A stretch of DNA of 62,614 nt, the filler included, from Candidatus Babelota bacterium (GTDB taxonomy: Bacteria; JAGOBX01): NCBI GenBank assembly GCA_017999075.1. It is 5 parts of 5 records of this genome, joined end to end, with 100 filler letters (N's around TTAATTAATTAA, not from the genome) between each part and the next. Parts side by side here need not be neighbours in the genome. Positions count along the whole stretch, not along the records: positions 14,967 to 29,762 come from JAGOBX010000033.1; 4 more parts are not named here. One strand, 5' to 3'. Position numbers and translations under genes: made by a program. Within the stretch, counting starts at the first letter, position 1. Each line of letters starts with the position of its first letter. Positions 18,609-27,606 of this stretch are shown in pieces. The notes beneath the pieces were generated by a model. The model was given only the letters and a program-made list of their open reading frames with translations, did not search any database and was not told the origin of the DNA.

Positions 18609-19709
18609 ATGGAAGACAAAGAACAAACTGTATTATTTATTGATGATGACGCAAGTATCAGAAAACTTATTTCAGAAATTTTATTATCATCCGGATATTC
18701 GGTTATATGTCCTGAGATAATAACCCGTGAATCAATTTCTGCAATAGCAAGCCAAAACAAGTTTGATCTGGCCATACTTGACATTATGATGCCTGAAATA
18801 TCAGGAATAGAAATATGTTCGATGCTGAAAAACAAAACTCAAAACAACTTGAAATATCTCCCTGTTATTTTTTTAACTGCAAATCAAACAGATGATATCT
18901 CTGATAAATGTTTTGAAGCCGGAGGAGATGATTTTTTATTGAAACCTTTTAAAAAAAAAGAGTTTCTTTATAAAATAAAATCTCTGCTGCGGATAAAAAA
19001 ACTGAACGAAACCATTACTATGCAAAAGTTTCTCAGGGACAAAATGATGTACACTGTGGTTCATGAGCTACGTGCTCCGTTAACGTCAATAATAACAAGC
19101 AACGAATCTATGATGGTTAATCTGAATAATATGGAAGAAGACGAAAAAATACTTTATATAAGCGCTATAGCTGAAGAATCTGACAGAATGATGCAGATAA
19201 TCAATAAACTTCTTGAAATAGGGAAGTATGATAATGATAAAATAGAACTTATTCTTGAAAATACAAATGTTATTTCAATGCTTACAAAAGTATTTGCGTC
19301 AATGAAACAACCTGCTGAAAAAAAAAATATCACTTTAAAACTGGATATACCTGAATTCAGACTGTTTATTCAGTGCGATAAAGAAAAAATAGAACAAGTT
19401 ATTTACAATCTTGTCAGCAATGCTATAAAGTTTACTTCTCCTAACGGTGAAATTGTCATAGGCGCAAATAAAGAAAATTCTAATATTAAAGTATATGTCC
19501 GGGATACAGGTTTAGGAATTAAAGAAGACGAAATGAGTAATCTTTTTAATGAATTTCAACAGCTGAGTTCCCGCCCAACTGCCGGAGAATCAAGTACAGG
19601 TCTCGGATTAGCTATTTCCAGAAGAATTATAAATGCGCATAAAGGAAAACTCGGAGTGGAAAGCGAGTGGGGTAAAGGTTCGTTATTTTATTTCACCCTT
19701 CCTGTTTAA
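18609..19709 (+). CDS. Hybrid receiver-histidine kinase (REC-HisKA-HATPase)
   Basis: 'FIDDD', 'LDIMMPEISG', 'KPF'; 'VHELRAPLTSI', 'NLVSNAIKF', 'DTGLGI', 'TGLGLAI'. Confidence 0.93.
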   Translation: MEDKEQTVLFIDDDASIRKLISEILLSSGYSVICPEIITRESISAIASQNKFDLAILDIMMPEISGIEICSMLKNKTQNNLKYLPVIFLTANQTDDISDKCFEAGGDDFLLKPFKKKEFLYKIKSLLRIKKLNETITMQKFLRDKMMYTVVHELRAPLTSIITSNESMMVNLNNMEEDEKILYISAIAEESDRMMQIINKLLEIGKYDNDKIELILENTNVISMLTKVFASMKQPAEKKNITLKLDIPEFRLFIQCDKEKIEQVIYNLVSNAIKFTSPNGEIVIGANKENSNIKVYVRDTGLGIKEDEMSNLFNEFQQLSSRPTAGESSTGLGLAISRRIINAHKGKLGVESEWGKGSLFYFTLPV

Positions 19710-19711
19710 AA

Positions 19712-20953
19712 TTGATGATGTTTAAAAAATCACATCATTACCCTCTGCTCATAGTCATCACAGGATTATTATCAATTTTCGCGTGTATCGGTATCGGCCG
19801 TTTTACTTTAGGGATGATTTTGCCTTCTATGTCATCGTCATTAAAACTTAATTATTCCATGATGGGCATGATAAGCGCAGGAAATTTTTCAGGGTATCTC
19901 GGTTCTGTAATTTCATGTTCATTAATTCTTAATTTTATAACTCCAAGGTTACTTATTTGTTTGGGGTTATTCCTTATAAGCTCGTGTATGATTCTTGTAA
20001 GTTTTGCAGAATCTTATATTTCTGTAGTAATATTATATACAATAACCGGTATTGGAAGCGGAGCGGTAAATGTGCCGGTAATGTCTCTAGTAAACCGTTG
20101 GTTTGTCCCTGAATATCGCGGTAAAGCTGCAGGTTTCATGGCAATAGGGAGCGGTTTTGCGATTATGTTATCAGGATGGATGATTCCTTTTATAAACAAT
20201 ATCTATGCAGATCTTGGGTGGAGAATAAGTTGGAAATTATCTTCACTAATAGTTTTTTTGAGCGCTATTGCCGCAGGATTATTTATACGCAACACTCCTG
20301 AAGATATAGGCATTAAGCCGTATGGAGAAAAAACAAATACAAATATTCCACCTGTAAAACACGAAACAACAGCATCAATTTATAAAAACCTTAAGTCATA
20401 TCATTTAGGAATTATTTATGCTTTATTCGGTTTTACGTATTCTGCGTATGTAACATTTATAATAACCTATTCAGTAAAAGAACTTCATTATACTCAGTAT
20501 TCAGCAGGAAAATTCTGGTTTTTCACAGGATTATTCAGTCTGATTTCCGGACCTGTATTCGGAGCCATATCAGATAAATTCAGCAGAAAAGCCGGATTTA
20601 TAATAGTATTCGGAATTCAATCTTTTTCTTACGCCTGCGCAGCATATGGTTACTATCCGTTATTTTTCAAAATATCAATTGTCTTATTCGGGATCACTGC
20701 TTGGAGCATTCCCGCAATAATGACAGCTGCAGTTTCTGACAATTATCCATCTCAGCAAATGGCTGCAGCTTTTGGTTTTATAACTTTTATTTTTGGGATT
20801 GGACAAATCTGCAGTCCTGCATCCGCAGGCTGGATTGCTGACAAAACAGGTTCATTTAAATATTCTTTCTTTTTAATTTCAGGGATGGCTATTACAGCAG
20901 TAATACTCGCTTCTTTCATTTCAAAAAAAAGTGATTTTAAAAAAAACAGTTGA
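19712..20953 (+). CDS. MFS transporter (YbfB/YjiJ-like)
   Basis: About 12 hydrophobic segments; 'GIGRFTLGMILPSM', 'RWF..YRGKAAG', 'GAISDKFSRK'. Confidence 0.88.
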   Translation: MMMFKKSHHYPLLIVITGLLSIFACIGIGRFTLGMILPSMSSSLKLNYSMMGMISAGNFSGYLGSVISCSLILNFITPRLLICLGLFLISSCMILVSFAESYISVVILYTITGIGSGAVNVPVMSLVNRWFVPEYRGKAAGFMAIGSGFAIMLSGWMIPFINNIYADLGWRISWKLSSLIVFLSAIAAGLFIRNTPEDIGIKPYGEKTNTNIPPVKHETTASIYKNLKSYHLGIIYALFGFTYSAYVTFIITYSVKELHYTQYSAGKFWFFTGLFSLISGPVFGAISDKFSRKAGFIIVFGIQSFSYACAAYGYYPLFFKISIVLFGITAWSIPAIMTAAVSDNYPSQQMAAAFGFITFIFGIGQICSPASAGWIADKTGSFKYSFFLISGMAITAVILASFISKKSDFKKNS

Positions 20954-21010
20954 TTTTTTTTAATTTTAATTTATAATAATTACGAAATTAGTTTTTGGAG
21001 GTTTTTTATT

Positions 21011-22024
21011 ATGTTAAAGAAAGTTTTATTAAGTTCAATGATTTTATGTCTGCTTTTTTCAAGTTCATTATTTGCAGATAATGCTGTGAAAATGCCTGAA
21101 CTGAAATTTTCCGGATTATTGGAAGTTGATTTGTTTTATCAAAACAATGAAAATGCAGCAGATAGAAGCGATGTAGAAGTTACTGATGCTCAATTAAACA
21201 TTGATGCAAAAGTTAATGACAAAATAAATGGAAATATCGTTATTTATTGGGATAACAGCTATGGCGCTCAAGGCGTTGATATTGATGAAGCAAAAATTGA
21301 TTGGACAGTAAATGATAAAATCAATTTACGCGCAGGAAAATTTTATTTACCGTTCGGAAATGGCTTGACTAATTTGATAACAGACCCTGCAACATTGGGC
21401 TATACAAGTCAATGGGGTTCATTGAACGGAATTGAAATGGATTATAAAGCAATGAATGAACTTGTATTGAAAGCTGCAATTTTTAATGCGCAGGTACAAC
21501 TAAATGATCAGTCGAATGATTATTTCAGGGATATAGTATTGGCCGGAGAATATTCCAAAAATAATTTAACTTTATCATTATCCATGATAACAAATATAGC
21601 TGAATTGTATAATCAGTCTGCTGCAGGAACTTTTGCAACAGCTACTACAAGAAACCGCGGTATAGGACTGGATCTTTATTTAAACTATAAAATCAACAAA
21701 TTAAGTTTGACAGGCGAATATCTTGATTCTGTACGCAAACCTAAAACAGATATAGCTGCAGTTATTACAGAATATGATATTGATTCATATAATCTTGAGG
21801 CCGGATATGAATACAGCGAAAAATTAAATTTTGGCGCAAGATGCGAATATTCAAAAGTTAAATCAAACGCTGCAAATCTTTCAAAAATCAAAAATTATGC
21901 TGTAGGCGCTAATTATAATGTTTATACAAACACTATTCTTAAATTTGAATATTTATTAAGCAAAAACGATTTAACTAAACTCGATACTAACACATTCACA
22001 ACCAGAGTTTCATATTCATTCTAA
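21011..22024 (+). CDS. Outer-membrane beta-barrel porin (LbtU-like)
   Basis: Signal peptide, 'FSGLLEVD', 'DEAKI', 'AGKFYLPFG...ITDP', alternating strands, terminal 'RVSYSF'; RBS GGAGG. Confidence 0.75.
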   Translation: MLKKVLLSSMILCLLFSSSLFADNAVKMPELKFSGLLEVDLFYQNNENAADRSDVEVTDAQLNIDAKVNDKINGNIVIYWDNSYGAQGVDIDEAKIDWTVNDKINLRAGKFYLPFGNGLTNLITDPATLGYTSQWGSLNGIEMDYKAMNELVLKAAIFNAQVQLNDQSNDYFRDIVLAGEYSKNNLTLSLSMITNIAELYNQSAAGTFATATTRNRGIGLDLYLNYKINKLSLTGEYLDSVRKPKTDIAAVITEYDIDSYNLEAGYEYSEKLNFGARCEYSKVKSNAANLSKIKNYAVGANYNVYTNTILKFEYLLSKNDLTKLDTNTFTTRVSYSF

Positions 22025-22047
22025 TTTCTAAACTTTTAATATTCATC

Positions 22048-22091
22048 AAAAAAATGCAGGTTGCTTTATTTTGTAACCTGCATTTTTTTTT
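22048..22091 (+). terminator. Intrinsic terminator (likely bidirectional) after the porin gene
   Basis: AAAAAAATGCAGGTTGC-loop-GTAACCTGCATTTTTTTTT. Confidence 0.85.
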
Positions 22092-22108
22092 AATAACTGG
22101 AATTACCC

Positions 22109-23287
22109 ATGCAAACAGGCGAATCAAAAATTAAGGTACTGTTAATTGACGACCAGAGAACAATAGGAATAGTTGTCACCAATATGCTAAAAGAAGAACC
22201 TGATATATCTCTGCATTTTTGTAATGTAGCTGAAAACGCAAAAAAATCAGCTGAAGAAATTGAACCAACCATAATACTGCAGGATCTGGTTATGCCTGAC
22301 ACTGACGGAATTGAAATGGTAAAACATTTCAGAAACAGATTAAAAACAAAAGATGTTCCGATTATAGTATTATCTTCTGAAGAAAATGCATCTGTAAAAG
22401 CCGAAGCATTTTCAGCAGGAGCTAATGATTATATAGTCAAACTTCCTGATAAACTCGAATTAATTGCCAGAATCAGATATCATTCAAACGCTTATAAAAA
22501 CCTGATAGAAAAAAATATAGCTTATGAAGAATTATTTAAAAGCCAGCAAAAACTTGCGTTAGAACTCAAACGAGCAGCAGACTACGTATTATCTCTTCTG
22601 CCCAAACCTCTTTCCGGAGAATTGACTTCAGATTGGATTTTTATTCCATCTGACGACCTGGGAGGAGATTCATTCGGATATCATTGGATTGACGATGACA
22701 ATTTTGCAATTTATCTTCTTGATGTATGCGGTCATGGTATCGGTGCGGCATTATTGTCAATATCAGTCATGAACGTATTAAATTCAAACAAAATGCTGAA
22801 TGTGGATTACAGGGATCCAAGCCAGGTATTATACGGACTAAACGAAACATTTCAAATGGAAAAACATAATAATATGTTTTTCACATTCTGGTACGGAGTT
22901 TACAACAAAAAATTAAGGGCATTATATTATTCTACCGCAGGACATCCTCCTGCAATACTAATTTCCGGCGACAGTGAATTTTCAAAAAAAATTCACAGAT
23001 TAGTAATAAAACAAAATCCTGTAATCGGAGTCAGCACAGGAACCTCTTTTGCAAGCGATGTAATAGAAATAGGAATTTATAATTCTCTTTATATTTTCAG
23101 TGATGGGGTTTTTGAAATATCTATTTCCGAAACTGATACTTTAGCATTCAATGATTTTGAAAACATACTTTTCAGTTCATATAAACATAAAGAAATAATT
23201 CTGAATTCTTTGTATAATGAAATAAAAAAAATAAATTATTCAAAAAAATTTGCAGATGATTTTTCCATCTTACAGATTATTTTTTAA
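22109..23287 (+). CDS. Response regulator with SpoIIE/PP2C phosphatase output (RsbU-like)
   Basis: 'LIDDQ', 'LQDLVMPDTDG', 'VKLP'; 'LGGDSF', 'DVCGHGIGAAL', 'AGHPP', 'FSDGVFE', 'DDFS'. Confidence 0.92.
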   Translation: MQTGESKIKVLLIDDQRTIGIVVTNMLKEEPDISLHFCNVAENAKKSAEEIEPTIILQDLVMPDTDGIEMVKHFRNRLKTKDVPIIVLSSEENASVKAEAFSAGANDYIVKLPDKLELIARIRYHSNAYKNLIEKNIAYEELFKSQQKLALELKRAADYVLSLLPKPLSGELTSDWIFIPSDDLGGDSFGYHWIDDDNFAIYLLDVCGHGIGAALLSISVMNVLNSNKMLNVDYRDPSQVLYGLNETFQMEKHNNMFFTFWYGVYNKKLRALYYSTAGHPPAILISGDSEFSKKIHRLVIKQNPVIGVSTGTSFASDVIEIGIYNSLYIFSDGVFEISISETDTLAFNDFENILFSSYKHKEIILNSLYNEIKKINYSKKFADDFSILQIIF

Positions 23288-23307
23288 TGTTAAAAATATA
23301 AAAAATC

Positions 23308-24309
23308 ATGTTACAAAAAAACAATTTACTTGAAGCAGCTTTAAAAAGTATAAAAACAGCATACTCAGTATGTTCTGACATTCAGAAAAAACTCAAATCA
23401 TCGGATTCTTATATAAAATCAGATAAAACTCCTGTAACCATCGCTGATTACTGTTCTCAAGCTGTTATAAGCATTATTCTAAACAAACTTACTCCTGATG
23501 TTCCTATTTTAGCTGAGGAAGACGTAATCGATCTTAATTCTAATAAAAATTCTGATATAAAAAAAAATATTTTATCGTATGTTAAAAATATTTTCCCTGA
23601 TTTTTCTGATGAGGCAATTATCAAAGCTATTGGACGCGGGGGAACTGAACAGAAGTTTTCCGATAAATTTTGGGTATTGGATCCGGTAGATGGAACAAAA
23701 GGTTTTTTGAGAAACGGTCAATACGCTATAGCTCTGGCATTAATTGAAAAAGGAACAGTCGAGATCGGAGTTTTAGGATGCCCTAATTTACCCGAAAATT
23801 TAAACAACCCTGAAAAAAAAACAGGTGTTATTTTTTTCGCGGAAAAAGGTAAAGGTTCAAAAATGTTTAAATATTCCAGTTCGGCAGATCATAATATAAA
23901 ACCAATTAAAGTCAGCAGCAGATCGAAAATATCCGATGTTTCTGCAGCAGTTTCTTATGAATCGTCTCACACAAACGAAAGTTTTACTGAAACTTTTTTA
24001 AATAATCTCGGAATAACAGATAAAATAATAAAAATGGACAGTCAGTGTAAATATGCTCTATTAGCTTCAGCTCAAACCGATATTTATTTCAGAATGCTGC
24101 CCGGAAAAAATAGTTATGAAAAAATTTGGGATCACGCAGCTGGAACTCTGATAGTAAAAGAAGCTGGAGGAATAGTCACTGATTTCAACGGAAAACCCAT
24201 TGATTTTTCACAAGGAAAATATTTAAATAAAAATTGCGGGATACTCGCAACTAACGGTTTTATTCACGAAGAAATACTCAAAATAACAAAAAAAATATTC
24301 TTAAAATAA
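23308..24309 (+). CDS. 3'(2'),5'-bisphosphate nucleotidase, HAL2/Met22-type (inositol monophosphatase superfamily)
   Basis: 'KSDKTPVTIADY', 'AEED', 'WVLDPVDGTKGFLR', 'GVLGCPNL', 'DSQCKY', 'EKIWDHAAG'. Confidence 0.88.
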   Translation: MLQKNNLLEAALKSIKTAYSVCSDIQKKLKSSDSYIKSDKTPVTIADYCSQAVISIILNKLTPDVPILAEEDVIDLNSNKNSDIKKNILSYVKNIFPDFSDEAIIKAIGRGGTEQKFSDKFWVLDPVDGTKGFLRNGQYAIALALIEKGTVEIGVLGCPNLPENLNNPEKKTGVIFFAEKGKGSKMFKYSSSADHNIKPIKVSSRSKISDVSAAVSYESSHTNESFTETFLNNLGITDKIIKMDSQCKYALLASAQTDIYFRMLPGKNSYEKIWDHAAGTLIVKEAGGIVTDFNGKPIDFSQGKYLNKNCGILATNGFIHEEILKITKKIFLK

Positions 24310-24314
24310 AAAAT

Positions 24315-25376
24315 ATGAAAATTATAATTGCAAGTTCAAAAAAAAATTCTTTAAAAAAAATCTCAACGATTTGCAAAAAAAACAGATATTCCGTGTTGAC
24401 ATTATCTATTCCTGAAAATAATCTGATTGAAAACATAAAAACATTCATTCCGGACCTCATTATACTTGATTTTAAATCGGGATTATATTATAAAAAAAAA
24501 TTAAAAATTTTATTCGCTCAAATATTCACGCCGATAATTTTTATTACCGATTCATATTCGAAAAAGGATGAATTGAAAGCATATAAAGCCGGAGCTTCGG
24601 ATTATTTTCTGCAGGATATTTCTTCTAAAATTTTCGAAACTAAAATAAAACGCCTTTTAAAAATAAAATTTTTACAAAATGCATTATATTCTAAAAATCG
24701 GAAATTAATAGATTTGACAGGGTTAATGAAAAAATATTTGCCCGGGAATTTGCAGGATGAAATATTCAGCAAATCGAAAATCAATCTCAATGCCAAAAAA
24801 AAATTTTTTGCTATATTCTTTTCTGACATACGGAATTTCACGGAATTATCTACTCATTATACTCCAGGCGAAATGCTTGATTTATTAAACTGCTATCTGT
24901 ATTTTGCATACGATAAAATAATTTTCAATAATGGCAAAATAGATAAAGTCATAGGCGACGCCATTCTCGCAGTATTTGAAAAAAGCGATGATGATTCAGA
25001 ACCTTGTTACAATGCAGTTAAAGCAGCGCTTGAAATACATGAAGAAATGAGGTCTTTTAATGAATTGATGGAGCAATCTCCTAAATTTTCTTCGGGAAAT
25101 ATTTTTCCTTTCATACAGCTCGGAATAGGAATCAATTATGCCGAAGTAGTACAGGGAAATCTTGGAACTCCTGACAGAATGGATTTTACGGTAATCGGCG
25201 ATGGTGTAAATATGGCAAGCAGATGCCAGCATATTGCGCTCGGCGAAGAAGTAATCATAACCGAAGAAGTTTATAAAAGAATAAAACAAAGGGTTGATGT
25301 GGAAATTCTGCCGCCAGTCAATATAAAAGGGAAAAAAGAAAAAATACAATTATACAGAATCGAACGGTTATATTAA
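24315..25376 (+). CDS. Class III adenylate cyclase with degenerate N-terminal receiver domain
   Basis: 'FFSDIRNFT', 'DKVIGDAILAVF', 'GIGIN', 'GNLG...DFTVIGDGVNMASR', 'IKGK'. Confidence 0.9.
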   Translation: MKIIIASSKKNSLKKISTICKKNRYSVLTLSIPENNLIENIKTFIPDLIILDFKSGLYYKKKLKILFAQIFTPIIFITDSYSKKDELKAYKAGASDYFLQDISSKIFETKIKRLLKIKFLQNALYSKNRKLIDLTGLMKKYLPGNLQDEIFSKSKINLNAKKKFFAIFFSDIRNFTELSTHYTPGEMLDLLNCYLYFAYDKIIFNNGKIDKVIGDAILAVFEKSDDDSEPCYNAVKAALEIHEEMRSFNELMEQSPKFSSGNIFPFIQLGIGINYAEVVQGNLGTPDRMDFTVIGDGVNMASRCQHIALGEEVIITEEVYKRIKQRVDVEILPPVNIKGKKEKIQLYRIERLY

Positions 25377-25514
25377 CACTGAAAATTTCTATTCTATTAG
25401 ATTTCATTTACAGAATTATCTCTGATCAAAAATGAAGAACAAAAATCCTTATTGCATTTTTTTGAATCTTTATTATATTACATCTTGTTTTAACAATTTC
25501 TGAAAAGATAAAAT

Positions 25515-25811
25515 ATGCCAAAAAAAACTTTAAAAACTAAAGAACAATTTTTTTCACAATTATTGAAAGAAATAAAATCAAAGTGTTCTGAATTCGGAAT
25601 CACTTTAATTTTCGATAAACTTGAAAATGACGGCGGAATATGTAAATACAAGGATAAAACTTACATTATTATCAACAAAATATATGACGACGAACATAGA
25701 ATAAAATTATTTTTGAATGAAATATCAAACACAGAGTTTAATTCCAATTTTGAAGATATTAAAAAAAATTTTGTTGATTATTCATCAGGCGATGCCGATG
25801 CCACGGCATAA
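25515..25811 (+). CDS. Small hypothetical protein
   Basis: 98-aa ORF with ATG start and protein-like composition ('GGICKYKDKTYIIINK'); overlaps the glycosyltransferase start. Confidence 0.6.
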   Translation: MPKKTLKTKEQFFSQLLKEIKSKCSEFGITLIFDKLENDGGICKYKDKTYIIINKIYDDEHRIKLFLNEISNTEFNSNFEDIKKNFVDYSSGDADATA

Positions 25812-27000
25812 AAAAAAACTTTTATTCCTTACAAACGATTATCCTCCAAACGAAGGAGGAATGGAAACATGCGCCCTTGAACTTTCTGAAGGTTTTAAAA
25901 AATTTTATGATGTAACTGTGATTACAGGTTCGCCTGCCACAAAAAAAAAATCTATTAGGTTTTGCAGCAATGGTACTTCATCTTCTTCAGTTACAAATAA
26001 AAATGAAACATCTGTTTGTTTTTTTAAAATCAAACGCATCAATTATCCTCGATTTTACCCGCTGAAATTTTTTATTATATTTTTCACGCTTATTTATGAA
26101 GCTTTAATCTCAGGTTATGATTTAATCTATATTAATACCTGGTCCCCATTCGGATTACCGGCTCTATTAATTTCTAAAATATTCGGAATTAATTATTATA
26201 TAACATGTCATGGACTTGATATTATTGAACCTATAAAAAGTAAATTCCATAAAAAATGTATGTACATTGTTTTTAACAGCGCTTCAAAACTTTTCTGTGT
26301 GAGCAGATATACTGCCAATATCCTTTCAACTACAACTATTATCAAAAATCCTGAAATTATAAAAGTTGTAAATAATGGAATAAATATTTCGAAATTTTAT
26401 CCTATAGATAAAATCAAATCCAGAAAAAAATTAGGTATTCCTGATAAATTTGTTATTCTTACTGTTTCAAGGCTGACAGTCAGAAAAGGACATAAAACAG
26501 TCATTAAAGCATTATCTAAATTAACTGATATTCCTGATATCATTTATATTGTTTGCGGGCGCGGGGAATGCGGGAAAGAACTGCATGATTTTACCAAATC
26601 TATGAATTTATCTGATAAAGTTTTATTTACTGGATTTGTGGACAATAAAGATTTGTTATACTATTACAATGCATGCGATGTGTTTGTAATGTTAAGCGAT
26701 GAATTTTTTGAATCAGGCGAAGTGGAAGGATTTGGAATATCTTATATTGAAGCGAATGCATGTGGAAAACCTGTAATAGCTTTAAAAAAAGCCGGAGCAG
26801 TTGATGCGGTAAAACATAATTTTACAGGATTTTTGATTGAACCAAAATGCGATATTGAAACAGAATTTGCAAACATTTTAAGAAATTTATATAACGATAA
26901 AACACTTTTAACCGCTATTGGAAATTCCGCGTTAAAATATGTTACAGAAAACTATTTATGGGAAAGACAAATAGAAAAATACCGCATTGAAATGGAATAA
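25792..27000 (+). CDS. Glycosyltransferase family 4
   Basis: 'LTNDYPPNEGGME', 'HGLD', 'VSRL..RKG', 'EGFGISYIEANACGKPV'; start set at ATG 25792 (alternative 25798). Confidence 0.92.
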   Translation: MPMPRHKKKLLFLTNDYPPNEGGMETCALELSEGFKKFYDVTVITGSPATKKKSIRFCSNGTSSSSVTNKNETSVCFFKIKRINYPRFYPLKFFIIFFTLIYEALISGYDLIYINTWSPFGLPALLISKIFGINYYITCHGLDIIEPIKSKFHKKCMYIVFNSASKLFCVSRYTANILSTTTIIKNPEIIKVVNNGINISKFYPIDKIKSRKKLGIPDKFVILTVSRLTVRKGHKTVIKALSKLTDIPDIIYIVCGRGECGKELHDFTKSMNLSDKVLFTGFVDNKDLLYYYNACDVFVMLSDEFFESGEVEGFGISYIEANACGKPVIALKKAGAVDAVKHNFTGFLIEPKCDIETEFANILRNLYNDKTLLTAIGNSALKYVTENYLWERQIEKYRIEME

Positions 27001-27024
27001 ATTTTGGTTTCTATAAAAAAATAT

Positions 27025-27606
27025 TTATTTTTTTATAATCCATATTCCATCAGGAAGTTGAATTCGTTCACCGGAAACAGCAGTATCCCGCTTCATTGAA
27101 GCATAAATATTCTGAACTTTTTTAATATCATTATCTTTCAAATTTATATTTGTGCTTAATATCCGTTCCATAACTATATTTCTGTCTTCATTTTCCTGTC
27201 TGACTATTTCAGTTAAAAAATTTTTTTGTTTTTCATCAAGGTCAGTTAATTTGTCAAAAAAAATTTCTAAAAAACCTTTATTATTCTCTCCAATATAATT
27301 TTTAATTTTAAAATCAGACACATCATCAGAATTAAACGAAATCCTCTGCAAAGCTGCAATAACTTTTTTTTTATCTTCGGCAACAGGCTGAACCGGATTC
27401 AATTTTCCATTTGAATCAACTGCCCTGACAGAAGACATATAATAAACTTCTTTCCCAAAATCACTGAATTGCCCAAGAATTTGTTTTTCAAGTTCTGATT
27501 TTTCATCAACAATAGTTACAGTGGCAATTTTTTTCCCGCAGTTTATAAATAAAATAAATAATAATGAATCAAGTAAAATGTAAAAAACAATTTTTTTTAA
27601 TTTCAT
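27025..27606 (-). CDS. DUF1318/YdbL-like lipoprotein
   Basis: Lipobox-like 'FINCG', 'EKSELEKQILG', 'IGENNKGFL', 'ENEDR', 'GERIQLPDGIW'. Confidence 0.72.
   Translation of the reverse strand: MKLKKIVFYILLDSLLFILFINCGKKIATVTIVDEKSELEKQILGQFSDFGKEVYYMSSVRAVDSNGKLNPVQPVAEDKKKVIAALQRISFNSDDVSDFKIKNYIGENNKGFLEIFFDKLTDLDEKQKNFLTEIVRQENEDRNIVMERILSTNINLKDNDIKKVQNIYASMKRDTAVSGERIQLPDGIWIIKK

Noticed and set aside
20950-21000. Fur box upstream of the LbtU-like porin
   Set aside because: The match to GATAATGATAATCATTATC is too weak to tell from the AT-rich background.
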